Source: Nageia nagi (taxonomy: Eukaryota; Plantae; Pinophyta). Taken from it: a stretch of 64,000 nucleotides of DNA. Below are positions 14,480-26,079 of this stretch, one piece after another (the first letter of the stretch is position 1; each line of letters starts with the position of its first letter). The stretch spans positions 10,354,001 to 10,418,000 of the forward strand of contig JBITNC010000001.1 of assembly GCA_050084985.1 (NCBI GenBank), in the 5' to 3' direction. The translations under genes and the position numbers were made by a program. The notes beneath the pieces are model-generated. The model was given only the letters and a program-made list of their open reading frames with translations. It ran no database searches and was not told the DNA's origin.

Positions 14480-14850
14480 TGTCCTCAGGTACCCAGTATT
14501 GGGAAAATATGTTCAACCAAAAATCCATTAAGATATCCTATGGGTCTAATAAAACCAAAAAAATATTATGCAATGAAATCAAAATTAAATTATGCATGGA
14601 TCATAAAGAACTGCTGAAAATAGGTTCGAATCTATTGAGACTCCATCATTTCAAGCCTATTCAACATATCCACATGTGAATAACATTCCAGAATACCAAT
14701 TTCTCTCCATTTAGCCGATTCTGTTGAGCTTTCATACTTTGTGAATTTAAAATTCCAATGCTTGCAGGCTTGAGGTTTCTTTTAGATGCCCCATCAAAAT
14801 TAAACTTCACCTAGTTTTCATCATGAGTTCCCAGTAGAAACTGCTTTTAA
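14480..14850 (-). mobile_element. LINE 3' RNase H remnant
   Basis: VKFNFDGASK motif on the minus strand at about 14780-14810. Confidence 0.55.
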
Positions 14851-15078
14851 TATTTCTTGCTTATGTCTTTTCCTTTTGGCTTATTCAAATACAATAAAAG
14901 TGATTTGCAATATCATAATCGACAAATAATATTTTGCCTACGAATGATAAAATGATATGGAAGAATGATGCAATTTCGAAACTAGGGCACATAAAGGATC
15001 TATGACAAATTGAACCAAAGAAGTATAGCAGCCTTAGATCTAGCATACATCAACATTAAACATGAAAAATAATACTTG

Positions 15079-15160
15079 TGCACTTGATTTGGACGAATCT
15101 AATGCCTTGGTGAAGCTCATGCACTTTATTTGGATGAATCTAATACCTTGGTGAAGCTTC
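15079..15160. repeat. 41-bp tandem duplication
   Basis: TGCACTT(G/T)ATTTGGA(C/T)GAATCTAAT(G/A)CCTTGGTGAAGCT occurs twice. Confidence 0.8.
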
Positions 15161-15241
15161 CAAACCTCTCTTGAAAGATATCTGCAAAATAGGGTTTTAG
15201 AGGGGTTTTGATGCTTGTCTCAAATATGATAGGGTTTGGGA

Positions 15242-15594
15242 CTAAGTTGCACAAAACATGGAAACATTTCCAAGTTTCCGAAATGGGAACGGCTGGAAAC
15301 ATGACCCCTCTAAAATGGTTACGCCAGGGGAACATGTTATATAAAAAGTAAAAAATATATATATCTCTTTGTTTTTTTTTAAATAACACATTAACTTGCA
15401 GGAAAATAAGAATCATACACAAACAATATTCTAGAAGGAATACCATGTTTACATTAACTCTCATAGATGATTACATGGTGCAAAATCCAAAATAAACCTT
15501 TATAGATGAGGTTTTACAAGCTTTCGAGTTTTGTCCAAGTTTTTGTGTTTTCGAAACAAAAACGCAACTGTTTTACAAGTTTCCTACAACTTAG
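15242..15594. mobile_element. hAT-type MITE
   Basis: TIR CTAAGTTG / CAACTTAG. Perfect 8-bp TSD GTTTGGGA at 15234-15241 and 15595-15602. Subterminal GAAAC repeats. Confidence 0.88.
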
Positions 15595-16260
15595 GTTTGG
15601 GACTAACCTTGTTGATGATCAAACACTTCTTCATATATTAGTGGACAAAAACAAAAAATAAATAAAGAAATGATTTAAAACATACATTTGGTACTTGAAA
15701 CGGGCAAATCGAGGTCATATAAGGTTTGGCTTCAAAAGCTAATGCAACTTTTCAAGGATTGAAATTCTTTGAAATCAGGACCAACAATGTTCTTATAATC
15801 CTTTATAGGACTAATGGTGGTCTTGTTTTGTTATGAATTTGCAGATCTAAAAGTTGTGGTAGTTGTTAAATGACTTTGGGGTTCGCTTCCTTCGATTTAG
15901 CTCAAAACTCTTCATTTGTGCACAAATGAACTTCCAATTTAGCATGAGATGATAATAATGTCTTCTTTACAAAATTATTCTTGCATTGATGATAATGGAG
16001 TGTTTGTAGGGTTTGTGCATTCAGAGATATGATAATTCGAATCTTTGCTCATCAATAAGGTTGATGCTTTGAAATGACCTTGAGCTTTCTATTTATACTT
16101 GAAACATGATTTAAAATTGGATTAGTTGACCTTGTCATATAAAATTTAAATTTACTTTATTATTATTTTCCTCTAAATAATAAGTCATATTTGTCTACCT
16201 AAGTTTAGTATTTATTTAAGGGAAACTTACGAAAATACCCCTATAAGTGAAGGAATTTAA

Positions 16261-17614
16261 TGTTCAAATTTGAATGTCCATTTTGGTTGCATCTTTTTGC
16301 ATGCGCACATCTCCACTAACAACATCTACGCGACGAATTGCTTCTTCACCTATCGACATTTATTTCCTTTTGCAAATATGTACTTGGGCTTTAATACTCA
16401 TAATCTGATCAAATCTGCTTTGGATGCACAAACCTGGTCGCCCATCCGTTTCAAACATATTTCATTTAATTTTTCCTCATTCTTTGAGCAAATTGTGATT
16501 TGTCAGATTTCTTGGAGTCTCCAATATCCCACCTTTTTTATCTATAAATAGGATTTAATTTTTCTTTGTAAAGTATGTAGAAGAGATTATTGTAATGTTA
16601 TGCTGCCATTTTCAACATTGATAATAGAAAACATTTTGTTTTGCTTTGAAATTTTTTGTTTTCATTCTCTTCATGTGGTTGAGCGATTGTGTATGAATCG
16701 ACGTCTTCGTGTAGGTGTTTTGAAGCTGGTTTGAGGTATTTCTTACTGTTAAGTTTGCATTTTAGCTTTTGGGTATTAGTCAAATTCTCGTTTTTTGCTT
16801 TCAGTAGTGAGATATCTTGGTTTGCATTCTTGTTTCCCTATTTCGGTTTTCAGACAAGTTTGAATGCATAAGTCTTTAACTTAGCTCTTTAGTTTCGTGA
16901 TTTTCCTTACTAGAATCATGTCCAAACATTTCCCTCTTTGCACATGTTTGAATATGTTTCCAGGCTTTTCGAGAGCTTTTCTTGCTCATCGGATGCATTT
17001 TAGTGCTTTGTTGTGCTGTGTCATGCCTTGTTCCATCTTTGCTGACATCATCTATCTTGTCGCCTAGCACTTAATGTTTTTCTTGCCTTCTACCATTGTG
17101 CCGCTCTCTGACAATCTTGTTGTTGATGTCATTGCTCGACATTTAGTGCCTTATTGCCTTGTCGAACTTTCTTCGAGCTTTTGCTGATGTCATTTTTCTT
17201 GTCATCCGACACTTAGTGTATTTCTTGCGGTGCTATGCTTTGATAATCCTTTTGTTGATGTCATTGCTCTTGTCACGTGACACTCAACTTTATTGTCCTT
17301 GTGCCGTATTGTGATAATATATTTGGTAACATCATCATGTGGAAAGTGTGGCATATCGACTTTTCCCTATGCTACATTGCAGCAACACTTTGGTTGATGT
17401 CATCCTTGCAAAAGTGCGAGATTGCCCTATTTCCTCCTGACGTCGCATTGTGGCTACATTTCTGTTGACGTCATCATCTCAAAAGTGCAACATTTTGCCG
17501 TTTGCCTAGTCCTTCGTCGTGACAAAGCTTCTGTTGATGTCATCAACCTCAAAGTGCAACAATCTGATTTTGCATTGTTCTTGATCGTGGCAATTGCATT
17601 GTTTGATTGCGACA
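16261..17614 (+). repeat. LTR-like dispersed repeat, copy B
   Basis: 16810-17614 matches 1-818. TATA CTATAAATAG at ~16542. Ends in CA. Left boundary is uncertain. Confidence 0.7.
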
Positions 17615-19150
17615 ACTAGTAAAATTAGTATGTTTTGGATTATTACTCACTGTGACCCACAAAAATACATTTTCCTCCTTCATCATCTAATTTTTGTCCT
17701 CTCTCTTTTGGCACTTGTGGTATTTTATTTGTCACACTTTTTGTTGGGCAACAATTGAATAAATACACAAAACAATTTACAATTTCAGTCCAATACTTGT
17801 TTGGTAAATTCATTGCCTTCAACATTTTTTTTGCCATTGCCATTATTGTTTGATTCTTTCTTTTAGCAACACCATTTTGCTGTGGTGTGTATCTACTATT
17901 AAAGTGTTGCGTAATTCCATTTGCCTTGGAAAAATTTCAAAATTCATTGGAAACAAACTCACCTCCTATATCTGCTCTTACGATCTTCACATAATGCCCA
18001 CTTTGTTTCTCCACCAACTCTTTGCTGAAAAATGTAAAAGAATTCCCATTTTTGCTTCAAAAAATAAACCCAAGTTATACGGCTGAAGTCATCTACGAAA
18101 GTCATAAAATATTTGGAATTATGAAAAAAAGCTGCTTGCATTGGCCTTCATAAATCACAATGAATAAACTCAAGTGGAACTCTTGCTTTCTATGGTTTAT
18201 CAATTAGAAATGTTGCCTTATGTTGCTTCCCAAGATTGCAATCTTCACGGACTTTGTATGCTCTTCACCATATTCTCCTAATATAATAATTTCAGCCTGT
18301 TGAAACTCAGTTGCCCAAATATAATCCATGATCCATTTTTAATTATAGTGTTAAATAATAACATCAATTCATTTTGAATTTTCAAACGAAACATACAATT
18401 TTTTTGTCATTTGCACTCTTGAAACCAGCTTATTACTTCCATTCTTATCATAGATCATACATGTATCTTTCTCAATATTAACTCTAAATTTTTTTTGTAC
18501 AAGTTGTAATTTCTTATGACTATTCCTTATTATGTGAAAGGCAATGCCATTTTAGTTTTGAAAGGCTTAAATTGAGCAGCTGATACTCATTGGAAAACTT
18601 AGGCTCTTTTGGATCAGTATTTCATATAAAATTTCGGCACTAAGTCCTAGAATGCCACTTTAGTATGGGTAATATCATCAAGACATTGCAATTTGCAACA
18701 ATTATTGTTTGGTTATGGAGTTGGACTTTGTAAGAATTCTTTCTTGTCAATCAAAGGCAAGTCAACAAAGTTGATGTTTTGTGTGTCTCATTTGTTTTTG
18801 ATTGTCTTCAAATAGTTTAAAGCCTTTTGAGTTTGATTAAATTTCCTAAGGTCAAGGTCTTTTGGGCTCACTTTGGTCTAATGCATGATCAAGATTCCCT
18901 CTCGAGTTTCCACCACCAATGAGAAGATACCATGAGATAAGGTGATTTCACTTCATGGCTATCATCATTTCAAATATTAAAATGTCGAAGCATTATTTAA
19001 CGATGCCTATTTGGCTTGAGATGTGTGAATTCGGATTGAGCATTGGATGGAGTTATTGTTTGATATGGAGGAAATATTTTTTCGCAAATTTTCCTTTGCA
19101 ATTTGAATCTCAAATTATTATGGGCTACGACATAGTGTTATTTGGGTGAA
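17615..19150 (-). mobile_element. Ty1/copia integrase and gag remnant
   Basis: KYFMTFVDDFSRITWVYFLKQK (17959-18141), LPNKYWTEIVNCFVYLFN and KLDDEGGKCIFVGHSE (17643-17843). Confidence 0.88.
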
Positions 19151-19375
19151 ATGCAGGCTGGTGGAGAATCATTTGATATTGGATGGATTGCTTGCCTAGC
19201 ACAATGAGAAGTTTTTTCTTAAAACTCACCACAAATCAGCAAATCGCATGCTACAAATAATTAATAGGTTTCAACCTTTATAATGTTCTCTAGACTTGGT
19301 CATTGTCATAAGAAAAGCTCATGGGCTTAATGAACGTCTATTTCACATTCATAAGGGAATATATGGGTGAACATA

Positions 19376-19702
19376 TGTCACATTGTAAGAGAGACGATAC
19401 ATGTCATATCTTATTGTAAAAGAATATAGGTAAAGGAATATATAACACAAATAAAGAAATATGTATATGAGAAAATGCAACCTCAGGTATTTCTCTTATA
19501 TAAGGCCAAGAATGCAATCCATGAGTTAGCATATAATTTGTATTGAGTTTATTCTTATTGGGAGGTAGCCTCCTCGAAGAGGCCTACAAAATACAGCAAA
19601 TGTGCTATTACTGATATTATCATTTTCTGTCCATTACTTTGTTTATTTATTTTTAATTGATAATTGTTGAAAACAGGATCTTGAACCTTGTACAATGTAA
19701 CA
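19376..19702 (+). repeat. Short solo-LTR-like element
   Basis: Terminal inverted repeat TGTCACATTGTA / TACAATGTAACA and an internal TATATAA. No TSD seen. Confidence 0.4.
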
Positions 19703-19749
19703 TAGCAAGTATTGTTTCAAAAAAGTAAAAACTAGTTGGAATTTAAAAC

Positions 19750-21010
19750 AAAATTCCTCCTCTCATAGTAGGTATCTACTAGGCAAACTTATGGGGAAAA
19801 ACATGGGACTAGAGACCCCACAAGACTCTTCCCCACAAAAGGGCTAAGAAGAGAGAACCCTTCCAATGCATACCTTCCTCCACATGGAGGGCTTTGAAAA
19901 TCACACCATATTTCAAATAGGATAGAGGATTGTAAAAAGCATAGTTCTTGCCCAACAAAACCAAATGCCTACCATAGGACAACATTCTTCGTTTGGATCT
20001 AGGGTTTCAAACCCTTTTTTGGAGAAAATGCCGTACACTTCTTTCTCTAGTTGGAGGTCTTTGAGAACCTCCCTATATGTCAAATAGGGTAGGGGATTGC
20101 AAAAATATAGTTCCTTCCCAACAAAACATATCCCCACCAAAGGACATCATTTTGTTTGGAACAACGGCCATAGTACTCCAAACCCTCCATAAAACCTCTT
20201 CTCGACAAATGAACAAGGAAATCTTGCATCAAATCTCCAAAAGGCCACCAATTGTTGGGTTAGAAGTCTGGGTTTGAAACCCTCTTCTGGCCCTTGTGTA
20301 TCCAAGGGTTTCCAGAATCCCCACCTCGAACCTACTTTGAGTTTTCTTCTTGAATACCTCTGGCATGGATGCACCAACAACCCCAAATGGGTGCTTACTA
20401 GCTTTCTCCATAAAACAAGCTTTCCAATCCACAATATCTTCAACTCCTAGATTGTGGATCTCAAAATCATGCAAATTCAGGGTCACATGCACCAAGAACA
20501 AACCCTCGCTAGGCCTATCTCGCACATCAATATGTTCCACAGGGATTTCAACCTTCGTTCGCCCATCATGAACAGTGCGTCTACTTGTATGTTGGTCGCT
20601 TCCATACATGGTGACGCCTTTGTTCATCAATCTATCCAAAATGACAAGGTACTTCCCCACAATTTAAACTGCAGTAGAACCAACCACACCTTCGTCCTTA
20701 GGGTCAAAGCTAATAAAAAACATGTATCCTTCAGCTTGTTAAGAACTAAGGGGAGAAATGGAGAAATTAGACATTCTTCCCCATACGAAGACTCCTCACG
20801 TTTGTCAGCCATCCCAAACAACAACACCTTAGAGCCTTTCTTAACTTGGTCTTTAGCACAAGCTAGGTTTCCATCATGCGTCATTCCATCCCAACCAAAC
20901 TGCCATTCCACCATCTTCCATTTCTATGGGTTGTCGTTTGCCCTCAAGCCCTCATCGCTCACTTCACAGCCTCCTCCCTTGCACAGGTCCCGCTTCTGCT
21001 CCTCATAACC
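19750..21010 (-). mobile_element. LINE ORF1 (DUF4283-like) remnant with internal duplication
   Basis: Frameshifted minus ORFs at 20147-20914 (KDTCFLLAL..KVWLVLLQFKLWG; TKVEIPVEHIDV). A repeated block lies within 19860-20140. Confidence 0.55.
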
Positions 21011-22384
21011 TCAAGAGTTGAGTTTTACTTTGTTCAATTTTACTTATATGCAATATTATTTTTATAGCACTTTGAAAATATTCTTATTAATTATCTTTAC
21101 CTTCTCTATTAGAATATTGTTTTTTTTAGTGTCCATGTAGGTTCGAATCAAATCCTTCTGAGTCAACAACACCAATAACTGGGCCAAAGCCCATGTTACG
21201 GAATTAATAATTTAGTGGTCTTGAGGTATCATCACAAGAAGACGAAGTGATTGTGTATGTCATTATGAATTGAAGATTAATCGAAGATGGATGAGACTTT
21301 TGGCATTATTTCCTATAGGCTGTTTAGGAAAATTTTGTAAGATTCTTGTAGAGCTAAATTAGTGTAGTTGCAATAGTTGGATGCCTTGAGTTGTGCTTGA
21401 CTTTGTATTGTGATAGTCTTTATAATGCCAAATTGTCATTGGTTTTTGCCTATCATTGTATTGTTATTTACTAAAAACCGGCTTCCATTTACTGTATGCG
21501 TGTTGGGATTGAGATATAATAAGCAAGTTTGATCTTCTGATCATCACCTTGCATCAGTTTTCTGATGAAATTGAGAACAGTTTTGTCTTCATGAATGGTT
21601 TTTGGATTTAAGCATATTAGACAATTAGTACATTGTATTCCATGACACAATCTACTTCACTTGAGCCAAACCTAATATAGTTAATAAGTGCCATAAATGT
21701 AATGGTGTACTCCGGTGATAATATATTTACATTCATATCACTTAAGTAGCTTTTATGTAAGTTATTGTGTGATGTCGAATTTTTTTTGAGAAATTGTCTT
21801 TTGTTTACGCGGAGAATCTTCAATATGTACACAGCAATCTTGGACTTGTGTATCTCAACGTTTACATTTGCATGCTTCATGAATTCTTCAATATGTATCT
21901 TTACATATATCTATTCGTGTTCTTCATGCTTTGTGCAGTCTTTCGCATGCAGTTTGCATGCTTATGAATCTTGTAGCTGTGCTTGGGCACATCTCATGTG
22001 CAAGTCTGTATGTTGAAAGGTTTTGCACTCATGGAGAAACTCATATATCAACTATTGTAGTATATCCTATTCATGATGGTTGAAGATTTAGATACTTCTG
22101 GTGTCCATCATATTTTGGATGTCTTTCCTTTGTGTGTGATTACATATTTTCATATTAATTAAATACTTGTATTCTTGATAATCTACTGTTGATTACTGTA
22201 TTAGATGTTAGTGGACTTCAGTTAGAAGTCTATACAACTATGACCTTGCATAAATTGTATTACAATTAAATGCGGTTGATGTTTCCAAAAAGCAGTTGAA
22301 AATGTATGTGTCTTTTTGTTTACTTTTCTAAGTATATTTATCAGTATATCTTAACTGAAACAATCGTAGGAGAGAATATTAGTC

Positions 22385-22637
22385 ATGATGGCAAAGGTAA
22401 CTGGTGGAGATGAAAGTATATCAGAGAAAAAGAGGATTCGTATCAAGGCTCTTGAGCAGAGGCTATCTGTTGCAGCTTCGAGTGGGTTAAAAATGCGCTT
22501 AAGATCTCATTCACAACAAGACGAAAAACATAAGAAGAAAAAAGGGACCAAAAAAAGTCAGTGCTCAAATTCGTCAAGTGGGACAAGAATGTTAGTGCAA
22601 GATTCCTTAACTTCATCCAAGCCTTCAGATTCGCAAG
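22385..22637 (+). CDS. POP4: POP4/RPP29 (RNase P/MRP subunit p29), coding exon 1
   Basis: Acceptor TAG at 22367-22369, ATG at 22385. KRIRIKALEQRLSVA resembles the plant POP4 N-terminus. Donor CAAG|GTATGC is phase 1, matching the next exon. Confidence 0.85.
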
Positions 22638-23935
22638 GTATGCATGAATATGATAAATATTGTCCACTTCAACTTATACCGTCTAGCTTTGTTCAATATT
22701 TTATATTTTCATTGCGTCAATGTCAGTTATCTTGAGCAATCAAATGCTAGTGTGCAATTGATTCATTACTTGAAATATTTGCAATCAACATAAAAACATA
22801 GGGAGGAAATGTTTCGACTTTTTTTCCTGGAGATATTTTTGGCTGCAACCTATAATTTTTGTAAGAGGTATGATTGATGCTCTTGTATTGTGCTGAAGGT
22901 TTTTGGCTGCCTTGTAAATGGAATGGACTTTCATACCCTGTTTCACAAAATCTATTTATCTATCCTGTCATACTTCCATTAGTTATATCCAAGTGTAACT
23001 AAATAGCTTAGCACATGAAAACTCACTCATAATAGTCCACAATTTACATCAAATATATCAGTAGAAACTAGCAATTTGCTGCAGATAACAATACCATATG
23101 TAGAAATATTACCTCCGATTATCAATTTGTTCTTAGTGCCTGAGCCAATTGATTACAAGATAGCTAATGCTGTTTAATCGGGGCCATTTTAAATGCTCTC
23201 CTTCAGAGATTTTTGTTATCAAGGCTAAACATTTCAGGATAATATGAATATGGTCCAGTTCCATGTAGGTTCCTCTTGTAATAAGTCCTTCAATTTGATG
23301 AGAAGCTCACACCTATTGTTGCCTTAGAGTTCTTTCTCTTTTCAGCAATAATATCTTTGGCTCTAGAACTGTTTGTCAATCTTCATCCAATTTTGGAACC
23401 ATTGTCTAGTATTGCATGTTTTTCCTCAAGAACCTGTTTAGGATAAGAAACATGAAAAAACTGGATGAATTTTAGATTTTGGTGGAAATTTCAACCCATA
23501 AACCATTTGTCCAATCCCTTAAATCACTTTGTTGGGTCCATAGAATCTTGGGTCTAATTTTTGTTTTGTCTTGGATTTGAGTGATACTTGTTTTTAGAGT
23601 TGAAGCGTCAAGAATATTATGTCTTCTTAAAAATTTGTTTTGACCTATGTTGATCCTTTTGTTATTTCATCCTATTTTGTGCTTGACAAAGATAATCCTT
23701 GAGTAACTGTATCACTTCTTTTCTTGTATTGTAAGAAAATTTTCAATTCTTTCATCTTGGATGACCCTAAAAAAGTAATTGATCATTGAATTTTTTTTTA
23801 CCATACGTAGGTTCTAATAGAGTCATTGTGGTAGAGAGATGGTAAGTTGTGTTGTACCACCATTTTGCTAAGGGTAGCCATTTCACCCATTGATATTGTT
23901 TGTCTTGTGTGAAACCTTTGTTGTAAAACTTGAGC

Positions 23936-25550
23936 CATGTCTCAAGGACTCGGTGAGTTCAGGTCCAAGTCAGCTTGGACAAGGTGAGTTCGAGTCCAAT
24001 AACACGAGACTCGGCCAAATTTTTGTAGTTTGTTTTTGCAAATTTAGAAGTGGTTGGATTCTTCTTCATGGAATAAGTTGCTGTAAAGAGCCAAATACAA
24101 AAAATTCCAAACACTAATGAATAACACACAACAAATCTGAAATCTCTGAATTTTTATTTTATTTTCCTTCACACCACGCCTTTACTACCAAATACAACTG
24201 TAAAACACATTGGAAAACAGCAACAATACAAAGATCTATTAGGAAAATATCTGCAGACAGTAGATCACACCTTCACAAGTTGAGTACTTGTCCTCCAAGT
24301 TGAGATCTGCTCTCTTTTCCCTTCAAGAGGGAACGTCTGACTCCCAAGCTGAATTTAAGGCCTCAAATCTGCAAATAACTGTCCCAAACAGGGATGTCTG
24401 ACTGGAAGGGTAATTTTGTCTTCTCAAAGCTGCAAACAGCAAAATCCTCTTCCCCAGGCTGACGTCTCTGTGATTTGGCCTCCAATGTATTATGAACACT
24501 CTCAACATGCAAGCACAAATCTGCAAAGCCTAGATAGGTCTGCCTCCTGGATGGATAGAAAACCTTAGGATCTGATCCTTCAATGCCTCTATTGGATGAT
24601 CTTCAACAAAAACCCCAATAATCTTTGGCAAAATACCAAAGCTCAAGAGCAAAGCTCCCCAAATCCAAATTCTCCCAACAGGCTGTCCAAATGAACCCTT
24701 ATTTCTCTTTTATGTCAATGCTCAATGGAATATGGACCATCTTTCTTTAAGACATCTTTTTGGAAGAGTAAATTTGGATGGCTGAGATTAAGACATCTTT
24801 CTTTAAGTCATAACCCTAAAGGCTCAATAAGTCTCAACCCTTGATCATCTCAGATCTGGTGGTTGTGATTTAATCTTCAACACACAACGTAAAAGATGTA
24901 TTTGAGCACATGCTAAATTCTAATACTTTAAGTGATTTTATTTTTTAATTTTATTCACTTTATTAAAAATAAACATAACAGTTCCTAAAAATTAAAATAA
25001 AACACTCCTTAAACTAATATTTACAAAATTAAATTAAAATGGGACATTATAGTTGCATGATTTTTCTATAAAAATTTTGGATTAGCTTGGAGGTATTCAA
25101 TCATATCTGAAGAATATTGCAAGAGACCTTTGCTGACATAAAAAAATTAGTGATAAAAATAATTAAAAATGCAATTTATTCTTGACAACCCTGATATCAG
25201 GCGTAATTTTGATCAAAACGTCAGAGAATGCAGGGTCAATTTATTTACCTAAAAATGCCAATTTTTTGGAATGAAAAAGGTGAAAAATAGTCCTGGATAA
25301 CAAACTCAGTAGTGTACACATTTATATTAATAGGAGGAAGAATGTGCCTTTCCTCTTCTTAATTTCTTATTTGTATATTTTTGAATGTTGAGTGTGTGTG
25401 TGTTAGAACTTTAAAAGTTAAGTAATCAACAATATGCATGAGAAAATTTAAATTTTCAATGAAAAATTGCATTTTTTGCTGAGTTGTGTCGTGTTTTTGA
25501 CCAAGTTTGGAGTTTGAGTGAACCTTTCCAAATCCAAGCTGAGTAACATT
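23936..25550. mobile_element. Probable MITE-like DNA element split by a solo LTR
   Basis: GACTCGG/GAGTT/GAGTCC subterminal repeats at both ends resemble the 44442 element. It interrupts gypsy integrase sequence. TSD was not resolved. Confidence 0.5.
24082..25051 (-). mobile_element. Solo LTR with TSD
   Basis: TGTAA...GGGACATTATA (terminal CA decayed to TA). Perfect 5-bp TSD GTTGC at 24077-24081 and 25052-25056. Strand is tentative. Confidence 0.85.
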
Positions 25551-26079
25551 TAGTTACTATTTCAATTTTACTATTTGTTTGTAGCTGATATGTTGAACTC
25601 ATGTTGAGTTGGGTTCCACATAACTCAAAAAGATCTTTTCAAAAATTGCTTTTGAAGACCTTTATCAGATATAACATGCTTAGGCATCTTGTGCAATCTG
25701 AGAATCTCATCAAGGAAACCTTTGCCACTTTACTAGCTGTAAATGGGTGTTGTAGTGCACATAAATGCACATATTTAAGTCTACTCACCACTACAAAAAT
25801 ACCATTTCCCCTTATAATTTAGATAAACCTTCAATAAAGTCCATGGATGTATTCATTGTGGTTTTATAGTTTCTCCTTTATTCCTTTGATTTATCTCACA
25901 TTCTTCTACGAGCATCTTAATATCTCCTTTTATTCCTTTACAAAAGAATGATTACATCACCCTTTTTTATGTTTTGAGAAATCTCAAGTGCCCCATTAAT
26001 GGTGAAACATGCAATTCTTATAATATTATTTCTTTCATCATTGATGTAATCTCGAGTGCCCCATTAATGGTGAAACATC

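Noticed and set aside
1-17614. 1-818 and 16810-17614 as the paired LTRs of one giant element
   Set aside because: The interval holds unrelated elements in both orientations plus the probable POP4 promoter. No PPT or TSD supports pairing, so these are better read as independent copies.
20454-21008. 184-aa plus-strand ORF and the many other 60-150-aa ORFs as genes
   Set aside because: They are antisense shadows of TE coding sequence or chance frames, with no motifs or splice support.
22340-22369. U12-type intron suggested by TCTTAAC near the acceptor
   Set aside because: The candidate donor is GTACGC, not GTATCCTT or ATATCCTT.
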